Assembly: GCF_006345805.1 (NCBI RefSeq)
Contig: NC_043000.1
Span: forward strand, 79,298,001 to 79,362,000
DNA length: 64,000 bases
Source of the DNA: Octopus sinensis
Taxonomy: Eukaryota
Reading direction: 5' to 3'
Every line of letters begins with the position of its first letter. The first letter of the stretch is position 1. Shown in pieces: positions 11,772 to 24,010 of the stretch. The position numbers and the translations under genes were made by a program. The notes below the pieces were generated by a model, which saw nothing but the letters and a program-made list of their open reading frames with translations, did no database searches and was not told where the DNA came from.

Positions 11772-12948
11772 TATCAGGGAGAAGAATTAGAAGTAGTTGA
11801 TAGCTTCCGTTACCTAGGTGACCAAGTCAGTAGCGGGGGTGGGTGTGCTGAAAGTGTAACTGCTAGAGTAAGAATAGCCTGGGCAAAGTTCAGAGAGCTC
11901 TTACCCCTGCTGGTGACAAAAGGCCTCTTGCTCAGAGTAAAAGGCAGACTGTATGATGCATGTGTACGAACAGCCATGCTACATGGTAGCGAAACATGGG
12001 CTGTGACTGCTGAGGATATGTGTAAGCTCGCAAGAAATGAAGCCAGTATGCTCCGATGGATGTGTAATGTCAGTATTCATACTCGACAGAGTGTAAGTAC
12101 CTTGAGAGAAAAGTTGGACCTAAGAAGCATCAGTTGTGGTGTGCAAGAGAGACGTTTGCGCTGGTATGGTCATGTGACGAGAATGTCTGAAGATAGTTGT
12201 GTGCAAAAGTGCCACACCCTAGCGGTTGAGGGAACCTGTGGAAGAGGTAGACCCAGGAAAACCTGGGACGAGGTGGTGAAGCACGACCTTCGAACTTTAG
12301 GTCTCACCAAGGAAATGACTAGAGACCGAGACCTATGGAAGTATGCTGTGCGTGAGAAGACCCGGCAGGACTAGTGAGACCATAACCCGTGGCCTCTACC
12401 TGGGATGTAGCCAGTCGACTTATGCATACTTTTCCTTCTTGGGACACAAAACTCCACTTGTGAAGACCCGTTGAGGCAAGTGGAAATCAAATCAAATCAA
12501 ATCAGATATCAGAAATCAGAACCAAAATCGAAGTCGATCAACATCAATGGAAATTGCAGCTGCGTTACCAGTGCCGGTGACACGTAAAAAGCACCACCCG
12601 ACCATGTCCGTTGCCAGCACTGCCCCGACTGGCCTCCGTGCCGATGGCACGTAAAAAGCACCACGTGATCGTGGCCGTTGCCAGCCTTGCCTGGCCCCCG
12701 TGCCGGTGGCACGTAAAAGGCACCATCCGTCCGTGGCCGTTTGCCAGCCCCGTCTGGCACCTGTGCGGGTGGCACATACAAAGCACCCACTACACTCACA
12801 GAGTGGTTGGCGTTAGGAAGGGCATCCAGCCATAGAAACACTGCCAGATCAGACTGGGCCTGGTGCAGCCTTCTGGCTTCCCAGACCCCAGATGAACCGT
12901 CCAACCCATGCTAGCATGGAAAGCGGACGCTAAATGATGACGATGATG

Positions 12949-12950
<2 letters not shown>
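11772..12950 (+). mobile_element. RTE-clade LINE, 5'-truncated (RT C-terminus plus 3' UTR)
   Basis: Stop-free GEELEVVDSFRYLG...LHGSETWA...RLRWYGHV...GRGRPRKTW to 12374. Modular 3' UTR and (GAT)n tail. Confidence 0.92.
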
Positions 12951-13023
<73 letters not shown>

Positions 13024-13457
13024 TATAATAAAAATAAGGAAGTGGGGAAACAAATTCAGTTTGTTCATCAACTTACGGATATTAAAATGTTACATTATTT
13101 ATTCATTTTACAAATGAGAACATCAAAAGCAAACAAAATATTATATAAATCAATAGGTAATATAATAATACAAATACAGATTTTAAAAGTCATATTATAA
13201 ATTATTGAAATTTATAAACTACTTCTTACAGCTGTTTCAGCCTATGGTCAAAAGTTAATCCAACTTACATTGCCTATAGATGTTAATATATTAGGGTTGT
13301 AGGCATTTAAAAAATATAATACTTATATGTTAAAAGAACCATAGGCATCGTCAAAGGATATAATTAACTTGAAAAATATAATAATAATATTAATATACTA
13401 GACATGCTGCACTTATTACCTAATATATACAAATAAATAATAAACAAATATCCAAAA

Positions 13458-13470
<13 letters not shown>
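13024..13470 (-). repeat. PLE terminal repeat (pLTR-like), inverted copy of 20195-20640
   Basis: About 445 bp, roughly 95% identical by eye to the reverse complement of 20195-20640. Bounded by (TA)n. Confidence 0.9.
13222..13358 (-). ncRNA. Hammerhead motif, U3 core variant, ~109-nt helix II
   Basis: TTGACGA-T-GCCTATGGT...ACCATAGGC-T-GAAAC AGCT GTA|AGAAG. Palindromic CAGCTG helix III; weak helix I. Confidence 0.65.
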
Positions 13471-13491
<21 letters not shown>

Positions 13492-13716
13492 CATTTATGT
13501 ATTAACTTTGTTGGGTACTTCACTAGCAGTATATTGGATATACGTTATCCCATAGAGGGTTGCATTTACAACCCCTATCTCAATTTGTATATATATATAT
13601 ATATATAAAAATACACATGCGCAAAATACATTAATGAACACCATTGAGCAATATGTTACATTGGGTATACCATGCGTTGTATAGTTATGTAAATACATTC
13701 TAATGTACATACACTA

Positions 13717-13760
13717 CTATGTTTGACGAAGGACAATCATCCTGAAACACGTGTCCCTAG
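13717..13760 (+). ncRNA. Minimal hammerhead motif, U3 variant
   Basis: TTGACGA-AGGA caatca TCCT-GAAAC ACGT GTC|cctag. Palindromic CACGTG; helix I imperfect. Confidence 0.6.
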
Positions 13761-14200
13761 ATGCAGCCCGGGCGGCTGGGGGCATTTGTCTCCCCTTCGT
13801 AAATGTATATAAGGACACAGGGAAAATGTGTCAAAGCCATCAAGAGGCGTCGGTGCTTCCTAGGGCTAAACAGCGGTGATGTACACCCCTACTGTCACGT
13901 TCGTGTTAGATTGACAGTATACAACCATTCTATCGCCCCACCACCGTACATGTCTCTATGAGAGATTTAGAAATCTAGTATTTCTGAACAGCATTATTGC
14001 TTTAACGATAATCTTCAACATATCATGCATACTATACTCATGTCTACTAACATAACAAAAATTCACGATACAAGGTTCAAAATATATATATTCATACATA
14101 TACAGATATATATACATGCACAAACAAAATATATGCTTATAAGTATATTAATCAGACAAACATAATCTAGATATTACTTAGTAACGTAATCTAGATATTA

Positions 14201-14560
14201 CCACGTAACGCAAACAAATTCAATTTAAGAATCCAAAATAGTAAATCCAAAATGTATGTCTAAGCTGGATTTGATCCACAATGTTTATGCTTCTGTTATA
14301 TGCATATTAAAGTTTATCTAGATATTATTTAATATATCCACGTTACGCGAACAAATTCAGTTATAGAATCCAAAAAGTAAATCCAAACTTTATGTCTAAG
14401 CTGAGTTTAATCCACAATGTTTACGTTTCTGTTATATGCATATTAAAATTTATACATCCACGTAACGCTAACAAATACAATTTTAAAATCTGAAATAGTA
14501 ATTCCAAAGCTGAATTTAATCCACAAAGTTTATGCTTATGTTTTATGCATATTAAATATT
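14201..14560. repeat. Three diverged tandem copies of a 120-137 bp unit
   Basis: Units start ccacgt(a/t)acgc at 14201, 14338 and 14458 and share aatccacaa(t/a)gttta...tatgcatattaaa. Confidence 0.85.
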
Positions 14561-14952
14561 TAAAATATATTGGGGGTTAGGGAGCGGTCATTTAAAATCA
14601 TGATCTATTTCCAATTGGCTAATTTGTTTGAATTTATCTGTTAGGCCAGTTGTAAACAATAGGAGGTCAGATTATTAGTTAAATAAATCATATTAGTTTA
14701 TCTAAACTAAATAAATTGTTAAGTAAAAGTCCATTCATTTCTATGCTAAGACTTGGATAGATATTTACAAAAAAACAGACAACTATATCTTCAATCGTAT
14801 TTTACACCTTCGAAGTGTATTTATACTCACATATATAGCTATGCATACGTAAACAAAAAGGCATACGATGGACACCGTAAACGCACATCCAATGAAATAC
14901 ATATAAGTATGCGTATGCATCCATTCACATATACACAAGCATACATACATAT

Positions 14953-15389
14953 TGTTACGACACGGTGGGACCTCCGTGATTCGAACTGTTACGGAAATCC
15001 TCACACAGGCCCGTTCGATGCAGCGAATAAGCTACGGAAACCCGTCGGAGAGAGGAGAGAGAGAAGATATACACAACAACAACAACCGCAGCAGCACAGA
15101 GATACAGAGGCAAGACGGCACTGGCTTACATTCAACAACAGTTTATATGACAATCAATGGTTACAACATCAAAGCATTTAAGGGCAAACAACAAATCAAT
15201 CAGATCATACACAAACAAGTTCAGATCAAATAATGTTCACGATACGTCACAGTCCAATCAGAACACTTCGATACATTATACAATGTTCGTATCACAACAA
15301 TTCACGTTACAATTCAAAGTTCATTATCGTCTACATCAGAGTCCTTCTTTTTCTCTCTTCTTTCTCTTCTTTTCTTTTACATCGTAACA
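14953..15389. mobile_element. Solo LTR (437 bp)
   Basis: TGTTACGA...TCGTAACA terminal inverted repeats (TG...CA). 5-bp flanks catat/cgtat match at 4 of 5. Confidence 0.7.
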
Positions 15390-15940
15390 CGTATCAATAC
15401 ATAATCAAATACCTTAATTCCTAATTGAATCGCCAGTGTCCCACATTGCACCTCATCTCTCTCCGCACCGCCCATTCCTCTGCATATATCCCCTCTGTGC
15501 CGCCAAGCTCTCGCATCCCAGCTTGCTTGCTCCTAAAATTCCAACTCCTTGCTGACTTCCAAGATCCGTCTACCTTCTTCGACGATGACTACCAACTACC
15601 AACTACGCAAAACCTCACTTCCTCTCTCTCCTTCCCACTACCCTCATCTCCATCTGTCTCTACTGCTTATCCTCTCTATCTGCCCTGGTCCCAACTGCCT
15701 ATCTCTATCGCCTCAATCTGTCCCTTAGCCTTATACTCTATCTCTCTCACTACTTTTCTTCTCTCTTCTTCAAGGGGTGTTTAGAACGACCTCTAATTCA
15801 CCCGAAAGGGGTCGCAGAACCGATCAATCACCTGAATCTGACAGGACAATGGGTTTATCCCAAAGTAGGTCACTGCCAACTGTCCTTAGACTGAACCATT
15901 CATAGCACTATGAATGAAAATACTATCGCATACTGTCAAT

Positions 15941-16014
<74 letters not shown>

Positions 16015-17792
16015 TCCCTCTTACAATCCGCATAAATGGACACATATACATATTCAAACAAACATACATACATACACACTTATCCATACACCTATGTTCA
16101 TACATCTACATTCCTACATCAATAATATACGGATGCCTACAAAATTAACTCTATTAATAAGTATGTCTACAATTATACATGGATAGATAGATATAGAAAG
16201 CAAACATTAGTAGTTCCAATCAGATTAATACTAACGAAAGGAGTATATACATAAATGTAAATGTACACCAATACACCTATAAAACTCCATATACATATAA
16301 ACAAATACAAGTATATAAGGAGTATATACATATATACACACATATATATAACCCCACAAGCAATTATACATCATAGTTTAAATATGTAAAAACATAATAC
16401 CAATACCAGTAAAGGCCAGACTACATGCATAAACATATATGTCAATATATACCCACATATATATTTATACATATATATACATATACACACACATATACAT
16501 ATATATACACATATATACCCCTACATGCATACAAACCAGTACAATCATCACATACACAAAAGTGTACTGAAGTTTATTCATAATATCTAATATACAAGAA
16601 AGATAACATAAAATAATACTTAAAACTACCACATGCATGCACACAAATAAACATAGATAAATAAATAGATAAATAAATAAATATATATATACATATGCGT
16701 CTACATATATACAAATCCAATAGTGACCTCAATATGTTTAGTACATTGACTCATACTTTATGCATAACTATATACTAAAAAACAAAAGTAAATATATATA
16801 AATATAAAGATATATTTACAAACAAGTACAAGTATATAAAGAATGTACAAATATGTACACACAAATAAACACTTATATAAATATACAAATACATATATTA
16901 TACACTTATACATACATATACAAAAAATGATATGCCCATAACCCATTACAATTTTTTACTCCTAAATATAATAAAGTGAAAATGCTCAATATAACTATTT
17001 GTATCTATTTCAAAGAGTATTTTATACTAGAGAAAGTATACCCCAGTTTATGAAGGCATGACCCATTACACTCCTTAAGATTGTTAATAATCGGTAAATT
17101 AGCCCTAATTATGAAGAAAATCTCATTAATGCATAATGAGCATTTTCTATTCCTATTATTATACGCTGGTGCAGATATGAGTATTTTCCATTGCAAATTA
17201 TAGTTGATTTTTTTATCCTTAAGCTCCCATATATTTGCACTTAACCCTGTAGAATTACTCCTATTCCTCTTTTTAAAAGTATATCTGTGATAATTAAGTC
17301 TCTGTTTCAAATTATTCTTAGTAGCCCCAATATATACTCTATTATCATATTGTGTACTTACAATACATTGATATACTACCTCCTTTTTCATGCAGTCATT
17401 ATTGAATACACAATTTTCTCTAATCCTACAATTGCACCTATTATCTTGTTGTAGTTGCTTTACTTTATTATGATTAATTGCTATTGTATTCTTATCAATA
17501 TTATTATTGTTAATATTATTATCATTATTACTTATTATTCCCATATCCATCGGCATGTTATTATTGATAATATTGCTCTTATTTATGTTATATTCTATGT
17601 TACTATTATTATTATTACCTATCATTACTAATTCCATTAATATTATCCATGCTATTATTACTTGTTATAGCATTACTATTACTATAGTTTCCATGACAAT
17701 TACTATTACTAGTATTGTTATAATTATTATATCTTAAGTTATAGTGAGACACATTAGTGCTACCTAAATTATTTTTTCTATTTAGATAGAAA

Positions 17793-18186
17793 CTAGCAGT
17801 ATCGCCCGGCGTTGCTCGGGTTTGTAAGGGAAATAACTATATAAGCATTTTTAGAGAGTTATAGCCAAAAAATAGCAAAAAAATGCATTAAAAATTGAAA
17901 AAAAATTAAGGTAAATTTTTTTTAAATCGTTGACACATCGTAGATATTTTTAGAGAGTTACTTCCCTTATATAAAAGCGAAAAAAATGCATTAAAATGGA
18001 AAAATATGATGGTAAATTTTTTTAAATCGTAGACTCATCGTAGACGCGCGCTAATACCCAGAAGGGCTCGATATGAATCACGACTATAAGATACCCGGTT
18101 TTGGTTAAACTGCACCGCAAAATGTGGGAGTAGTTACGAATCTAAATCGTAGGAGACAGACACACAACTTCACTCTTATATAAAGA
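17793..18186 (-). mobile_element. Non-autonomous Helitron (394 bp)
   Basis: Minus strand A|TC...CCGAGCAACGCCGGG subterminal hairpin...CTAG|T. No TSD. Confidence 0.85.
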
Positions 18187-18536
18187 TGCATTTTTTTTCA
18201 GTCATAGAGTTAGATTTATGAAGGTCTTCAGTAGAAAATCCTTCGAATTCTGACTCGCTGCTTGATATAATGAAATTCGTATCCATTTTTTGTCAGAATT
18301 ACAAATTTTGAAAACACAATAGGAACAAATTTCGGAAAAAAATCTCCCATAATTCACGGAATTAAAATTACACTTCGATTTTTGTACAAAACTGTAGTTG
18401 AAGTGTTTACGAAGTATAATACGTGTTTTCACGAATGTACTAAAGAGATTTACTCTGATATTCTCATTTAAATATGAATAGGTAAATTCGAGCGGTTTGG
18501 TAACGAAAGGGTTAAACGGATGCATACATTTATTAA

Positions 18537-19424
18537 TCTCTTATTATAATAACTATATATAAGTGTCGTCTGTTTATACATAAACACTGTTTCATACTGT
18601 AATTATATATACATATATCTATATATAATATTATATAATAAAATATATACAGAGTAAAATAAAAACCAATTTACCTTTTCTGTATTGTTATAGCAATTCC
18701 ACCGTCCGTGTGTCTTTGCAAATGTGTTGGAATGATTAGTGAGTTGTGTTTTGGCGCCTTTTTTACTAATAACAAACACACACGTGTTTGTATGTAGTTG
18801 TTTGAAACGTTTGTGTTTGCCACTCTCATATATGTATGTGTATGCGTGTGTGTGAGGAATGACACACACACACTCACGCACGCACACATGTACATCAATG
18901 CTTTCGGAGTGAAATGTTAAAATATTGAGTTTTCTCGAATTTTGTCTTAATTGGTGGTAAAATTGAAAGAAATTTTTTATGGCATCACCCACTGAAGTAC
19001 TCTGAAAAATCATGGGTACACTCTAATTGAAGAAATTGTGTGAGGAGTAAATCGTTATGTATTTATTTGTTTCTGTTTGCTGTGTTTTTTTATTTTTTGA
19101 GTAGTGGTTTAAATACTTTCAGTTTAGTCTTCCTCAAATCACTCTGTCGCTATTTACTTTCATTTTATTCGTTGCACACTGTGTGTGTGCGTGTGCGTGT
19201 GGTGTAAACCACATTAAGAAAAGCATTTGACACACACACCAGAATGTGAGTTTTCTGTAAATTTTGCTTAATTGGAGTTTAAATTTTAAAAACTGGACCT
19301 GGCATGACCCGATGCATTCTACTCTTAAAAATGCTAGGTAAATTGTAATTGAAGAAATCCTATATTGTAGATTTCTATAAGTTACAAAGGGAGGCAGATA
19401 AAATCTGCCTTTTATAATAAGAGA
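18537..19424 (-). mobile_element. Helitron-like 5' segment bounded by a 14-bp inverted repeat
   Basis: A|TCTCTTATTATAAAAGGCAG start at 19424. atctcttattataa (18536-18549) is the exact inverse of 19412-19425. No CTAG terminator of its own seen. Confidence 0.55.
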
Positions 19425-20194
19425 TAATCAAGTTTTTTATTATTAATTGAGGATATGATGGTGGCCAGATTATGAGTAAGACTGTATCCTATTCTAATAG
19501 TTTTATTATTAATTATGTCACAGTATTTGTTCTTTCCTTTTCCAAAATGCTTGTTTATTAAATTGAAAATATTCATTGCTATGTTATTTTTAATTTGCAT
19601 AACATATGGAATTATTAACCACAGTGTATCAATAACATTATTTTGATTACATGGCTTACCTATATTATTTATAAAATTCCCATTCTTATTATTTCTTCTA
19701 TACTTTCTATAATCAGTATAACTTATATTATTAAAATCATGACTAAATGCTTTATTGTAGTTATTATTGTTATAATAGTTCTTATTAACTTTACTATTTA
19801 TATCATTATTATTAATATTATAATTATTGATATTTAATATATGATCTTTAATCCTGCTTAGACTATTATTAGTATTATTTCTATTCATATCAATATTATA
19901 TTTGTGATTATTCTTTTTATTTGGATTGTTGTTATGCATGTCTAACCAATGTTTATTAGTAGTTGTTAATTTATTACTAGCGTTAAGGCAGTTATTGGGG
20001 ATATATTTTATTTTACCATTATATCCTGCCCTATGTAATGCAGTGTTATACTTTTCACTATGTCTATTAAATATCTCTTCATTTGAGGAAAGGTTAGAAA
20101 TCCTTTTCCTAATGTTAAGTAGTAGTGCTTTTTTAATTTGTGGAGGGTGATTACTAGAGTTATTTATATATCTTAAATTAGAATTTTTTATATG

Positions 20195-20640
20195 TATATA
20201 TATATGTATTTTTGGATATTTGCTTATTATTCATTTGTATATATTAGGTAATAAGTGCAGCATGTCTAGTATATTAATATTATTATATTTTTCAAATTAA
20301 TTATATCCTTTGACGATGCCTATGGTTCTTTTAACATATAAGTATTATATTTTTTAAATGCCTACAACCCTAATATATTGACATCTATAGGCAATGTAAA
20401 TTGGATTAACTTTTTACCATAGGCTGAAACAGCTGTAAGAAGTAGTTTATAAATTTCAATAATTTATAATATGACTTTTAAAATCTGTATTTGTATTATT
20501 ATATTACCTATTGATTTATATAATATTTTGTTTGCTTTTGATGTTCTCATTTGTAAAATGAATAAATAATGTAACATTGTAATATCCGAAAGTTGATGAA
20601 CAAACTGAATTTGTTTCTCCATTTCCTTATTTGTATTATA
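20195..20640 (+). repeat. Inverted PLE terminal repeat at the 5' end of the 17005-20150 PLE
   Basis: Reverse complement of 13024-13470. Directly abuts the truncated PLE ORF in opposite orientation. Confidence 0.85.
20306..20442 (+). ncRNA. Hammerhead motif, U3 variant, long helix II
   Basis: TTGACGA 20310-20316; GCCTATGGT 20318-26 pairs with ACCATAGGC 20416-24; GAAAC AGCT GTA 20426-20437. Confidence 0.65.
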
Positions 20641-20811
20641 AATTTTCAGTAAAAATATTTCTTTACCTTCACCCATTTAATTCAATAAATGAATTAATTG
20701 CATTGCAATTAAAAACATTTGTATATTAAGAATTCGGGTACTTTACCAACAGTATATTGGATAATTGATATCCCATAGTGGGTTACATCCATAAACCCTA
20801 TCTTACTTTAT

Positions 20812-20870
<59 letters not shown>

Positions 20871-20898
20871 CAAAATAAGCAATAAGAATGACTCCGGT

Positions 20899-20990
20899 AA
20901 TTGGGTACAATCGTTTCGAACTACATCATTTTATTAAATGTTGTAAGTATTACAACAGATTTAAGATGCTGAGTACTTATCAGCCAATTA
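20899..20990 (-). ncRNA. Hammerhead motif with G8A core, downstream of the PLE ORF
   Basis: AATTGG-CTGATAA-GTAC...long stem (TGTTGTAA/TTACAACA)...GTTC-GAAAC GATT GTA|CCCAATT. Confidence 0.55.
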
Positions 20991-21561
20991 TAGAGGTTTT
21001 CCATTAATACACAAGTGGCAACATTATAGAGAAGGTAGATATACAGACAAAGATGTGGATTTAAATTTTAAGAACATATGAGGTAATGAAGTCCTTCCAC
21101 TGACTGACCAAGATATGGCTGTTCCTAACTGCTGTAAGGTTAGAAGCAATAAAGATTTTTTAATTGTAGAAATGGGGTAAAGGAGGTTTCAGAACACCAT
21201 AAAAGGAATTCATGTTGAAGACAGCAATTGCCACTAACAAATGCCAATTACTGCTATTTGGTGAGAGAAATTAGGTCAATGTCAAATGGTCTTAATCCCA
21301 TTTACAGAGAGTGTAATTTAGAGAAAAAAGTGGAAAACCTATCACTTATTATTATGAGTAGGCATAGTATTTTATAACTGGGGGAAAGCCTTATTAATTT
21401 TAAAGCTAGATTAAATTTAGAAAAAAATTCCAATTTCAAGTTTGCAGTGAAGTTATTTTAGTCATCTATGAATGTTAAATTGAAAGCTAGTATAGTATAT
21501 TTCTTATTATTTGATTATAAAGAATTAAAATTTGAAAAATATAGGAATACTCACAAAATTA

Positions 21562-22198
21562 TTATTTAAAGTATTTAAATGTTTGGGTTGTGCAATGTAT
21601 ACAAGATACTCCTAACTCCAGACGATTATTCAATAGATTTGTATTACTCTGATGTTTTAAAATTTCATAAGTTTCCATAGAACAAAGTTGACAACCTTCC
21701 CTACTATTTCTATAAGGTTGTGTCCTTCTAACTATATCCCATTTTAGGTTGAATTCTATATTATTTGTTTTTAGTTCCCAAATTTTGCTAGATAGAGTTG
21801 TGCAACCTGCCTTATGTTTGAGCCTAAAAGAGGAAAAATGATTAAGACATCTTTTAAGATCCACCAAACATCCGAAATAAAGAAAGCTATTGCTAGAAGT
21901 TATTATCATGCATGTATAAATTACGTTTTGGACCGAACAACGACCAGATACCAGACATTTTGATCTAATCCTACAATTACAACTGGGGGGACAGTGTTCG
22001 GTTCTGGAATTATTTGAGGACAGTTCACTCACATTACTGTTATTTAAATTATTATTAGTATTAGTATTACTTTCATTATTAGTAATCACGTTGTTATGCA
22101 AATTAGGGTTACTAGTTATTAATCCATCATCACCTACCATACTTTTATCTATACTACCTATATTATTGGTATTGTTATTATCACTATTTACATCAATG

Positions 22199-22254
<56 letters not shown>

Positions 22255-22298
22255 GTTATCATCATTATTAATATTATTTTTATTATTATTATTATTAC

Positions 22299-22332
<34 letters not shown>

Positions 22333-23720
22333 TATTATTACTATTGTTAATGCTATTATTACAATTATTATTACTATCATTGTTGTTACTATTCATTCTA
22401 CTTCTGGCTAACTTAATGTTTTTACTATTAAGTCTAGCTATTATGGTAGTCATGTTTGGGAGAGTGGAATATGAAATTCTTACTGATCTCCTAGAAATTA
22501 TTTTATCATATTTATGGGAGGCTGTGAAATTTTTTTCCAGTATAGATTTAAATCTACTGTACACATTCGTTGAGATCGCCCAATTAAAGGGGATATTTAG
22601 CCAAATGATATTATCTCTTTTATATTTTTTGTTTAAGTACAAGTGGGAAGGATTAGTGTTATCAGTATTCATACGAGAATTATTATTCCTTTTAGTACTA
22701 TATTAATGCCTATCGGGTTTATCTAGGTTAGCATTTTCATATTTATTTATGATCTGTTCCCTATTTTTATTCCTATAATTAGGTTTATACACTAGGTTCT
22801 TTTTCTCCATTAATTTATGTTTATGAGAGTTTATATTACTTACGTCATTTACATTCACTTCATTATTTGGGAGATTTGAACTATCCATATCAAGAAAGGT
22901 GATTTCCTGATCATATCCCACCTTGGATAATGCGATATTGTAATGGTTAGAGTGAGAGTTAAAGATTTCACTATTTGATGATAATTTTGAAATTCTTTGG
23001 GAAATATTTTTAACTAATGATTTTAGTATATTCGGGGGGTGATTAGATAACTTACTTACATATCTAGTGACTTCGCCCTCCTTTCTAAATGGGTAATGTA
23101 ACTTTGAATTTAGGTCTAAGGTAATGTCTAGGAAATTAACTATCTTAGTGTTAGGTTCATAAGTAATGCCAAGGTTAAAATCTTTGAAAAATTTGCTAAT
23201 TTTCTTTTTTATTCTCTCAATACTTGATTTACTATTGCTAGGTACAACAAACAAAGCATCATCCTTATATAGACCACCTTGTAATTCAGGGATATCTCTG
23301 TTTATGCATTTTAATAAGTATGCTCCCACCAGATTCTTTATCTCTGCTGAGTCACTAGAGCCCATAGGTATATCAAAATTATTAGGGGTATCCGCCCTAG
23401 TCCATAATTTACCTTCAAATTCGATGATAGTTTTTCTAGCTAATAGGATGATGTCAATTTCCTCCCTAGATATGAGAGAGCGGTTCATAGCAAAAATAAG
23501 CTAAACTAAAATCAGAAACCAATTGGTCCAGGAAATTAGATGGTAAAATGTTCTTATTTTTTCATTTCGTTTCTGTCGAATTTTATCCCTAATTATGTGG
23601 TTATAGAACCTAACTGTTCTTTCTAGCATGTTGAATCCCATGAATGGATTCCTTATGTGTTTAAATGTACACTGTATTTTATATATATACCTAGAGAGAG
23701 AGTAGAGTCCATAGTGATCC
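21562..23720 (-). mobile_element. Decayed PLE: RT, poly-Asn linker, GIY-YIG
   Basis: PMGS...GLYKDDAL...NFLDITLDL...SNHPP (RT); IIWLNIPF...SYSTLPNM; CNCRIRSKC...VIYTC...YFG...CQLC (GIY-YIG). Several frameshifts. Confidence 0.9.
22195..22345. repeat. (AAT)n microsatellite inside the PLE ORF
   Basis: Long imperfect TTA array encoding poly-Asn on the minus strand. Confidence 0.9.
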
Positions 23721-23814
23721 ATAGTAGGAGAGGTGCAGTTGAAGGGTAAATGTCCAAAAGAGATCGGTAGCCACTACACAGATTTTTTTTCTCTCCTTGT
23801 TTTTTTCTGTGTTC

Positions 23815-23850
23815 CTTTCTGTAGAAGAGTGTAAGCTCGAAATGTAAAAG
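23815..23850 (+). ncRNA. Degenerate minimal hammerhead motif
   Basis: CTTT-CTGTAGA-A-GAGT gtaa GCTC-GAAAT GTA|AAAG. Helices I and II pair, but A6 and C15.2 are substituted. Confidence 0.4.
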
Positions 23851-23940
23851 ACTTTTTCAATTCCTGAGCATTATACTAATACATCTGTTTGTTTTCTACA
23901 CAACCTGTCTTTGTCTTTTGTTATTTTTGTGAACTCTCCC

Positions 23941-23942
<2 letters not shown>

Positions 23943-24007
<65 letters not shown>
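23943..24007. repeat. (TA)n microsatellite, representative of many in the window
   Basis: Similar arrays at ~10654, 11513, 12949, 20820, 24862 and 49530. Confidence 0.95.

Positions 24008-24009
<2 letters not shown>

Positions 24010-24010
<1 letters not shown>

Larger units (their letters stand above)
17005..20150 (-). mobile_element. Decayed PLE (RT thumb, Asn-rich linkers, GIY-YIG), interrupted by Helitron block 17793-19424
   Basis: 17637-17005: CNCRIRENC...VVYQC...VYIGAT...HRYTF...CSLC, a GIY-YIG endonuclease. 19939-19425: LWLIIPY...KHF...IRIGYS, the PLE thumb/linker region. Confidence 0.85.

Noticed and set aside
15780-15900. Hammerhead-like hairpins (cccgaaaggg; gggtttatccc) after a pyrimidine tract
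   Set aside because: Core CUGANGA and GAAAC are not recoverable; at most a heavily decayed PLE end.
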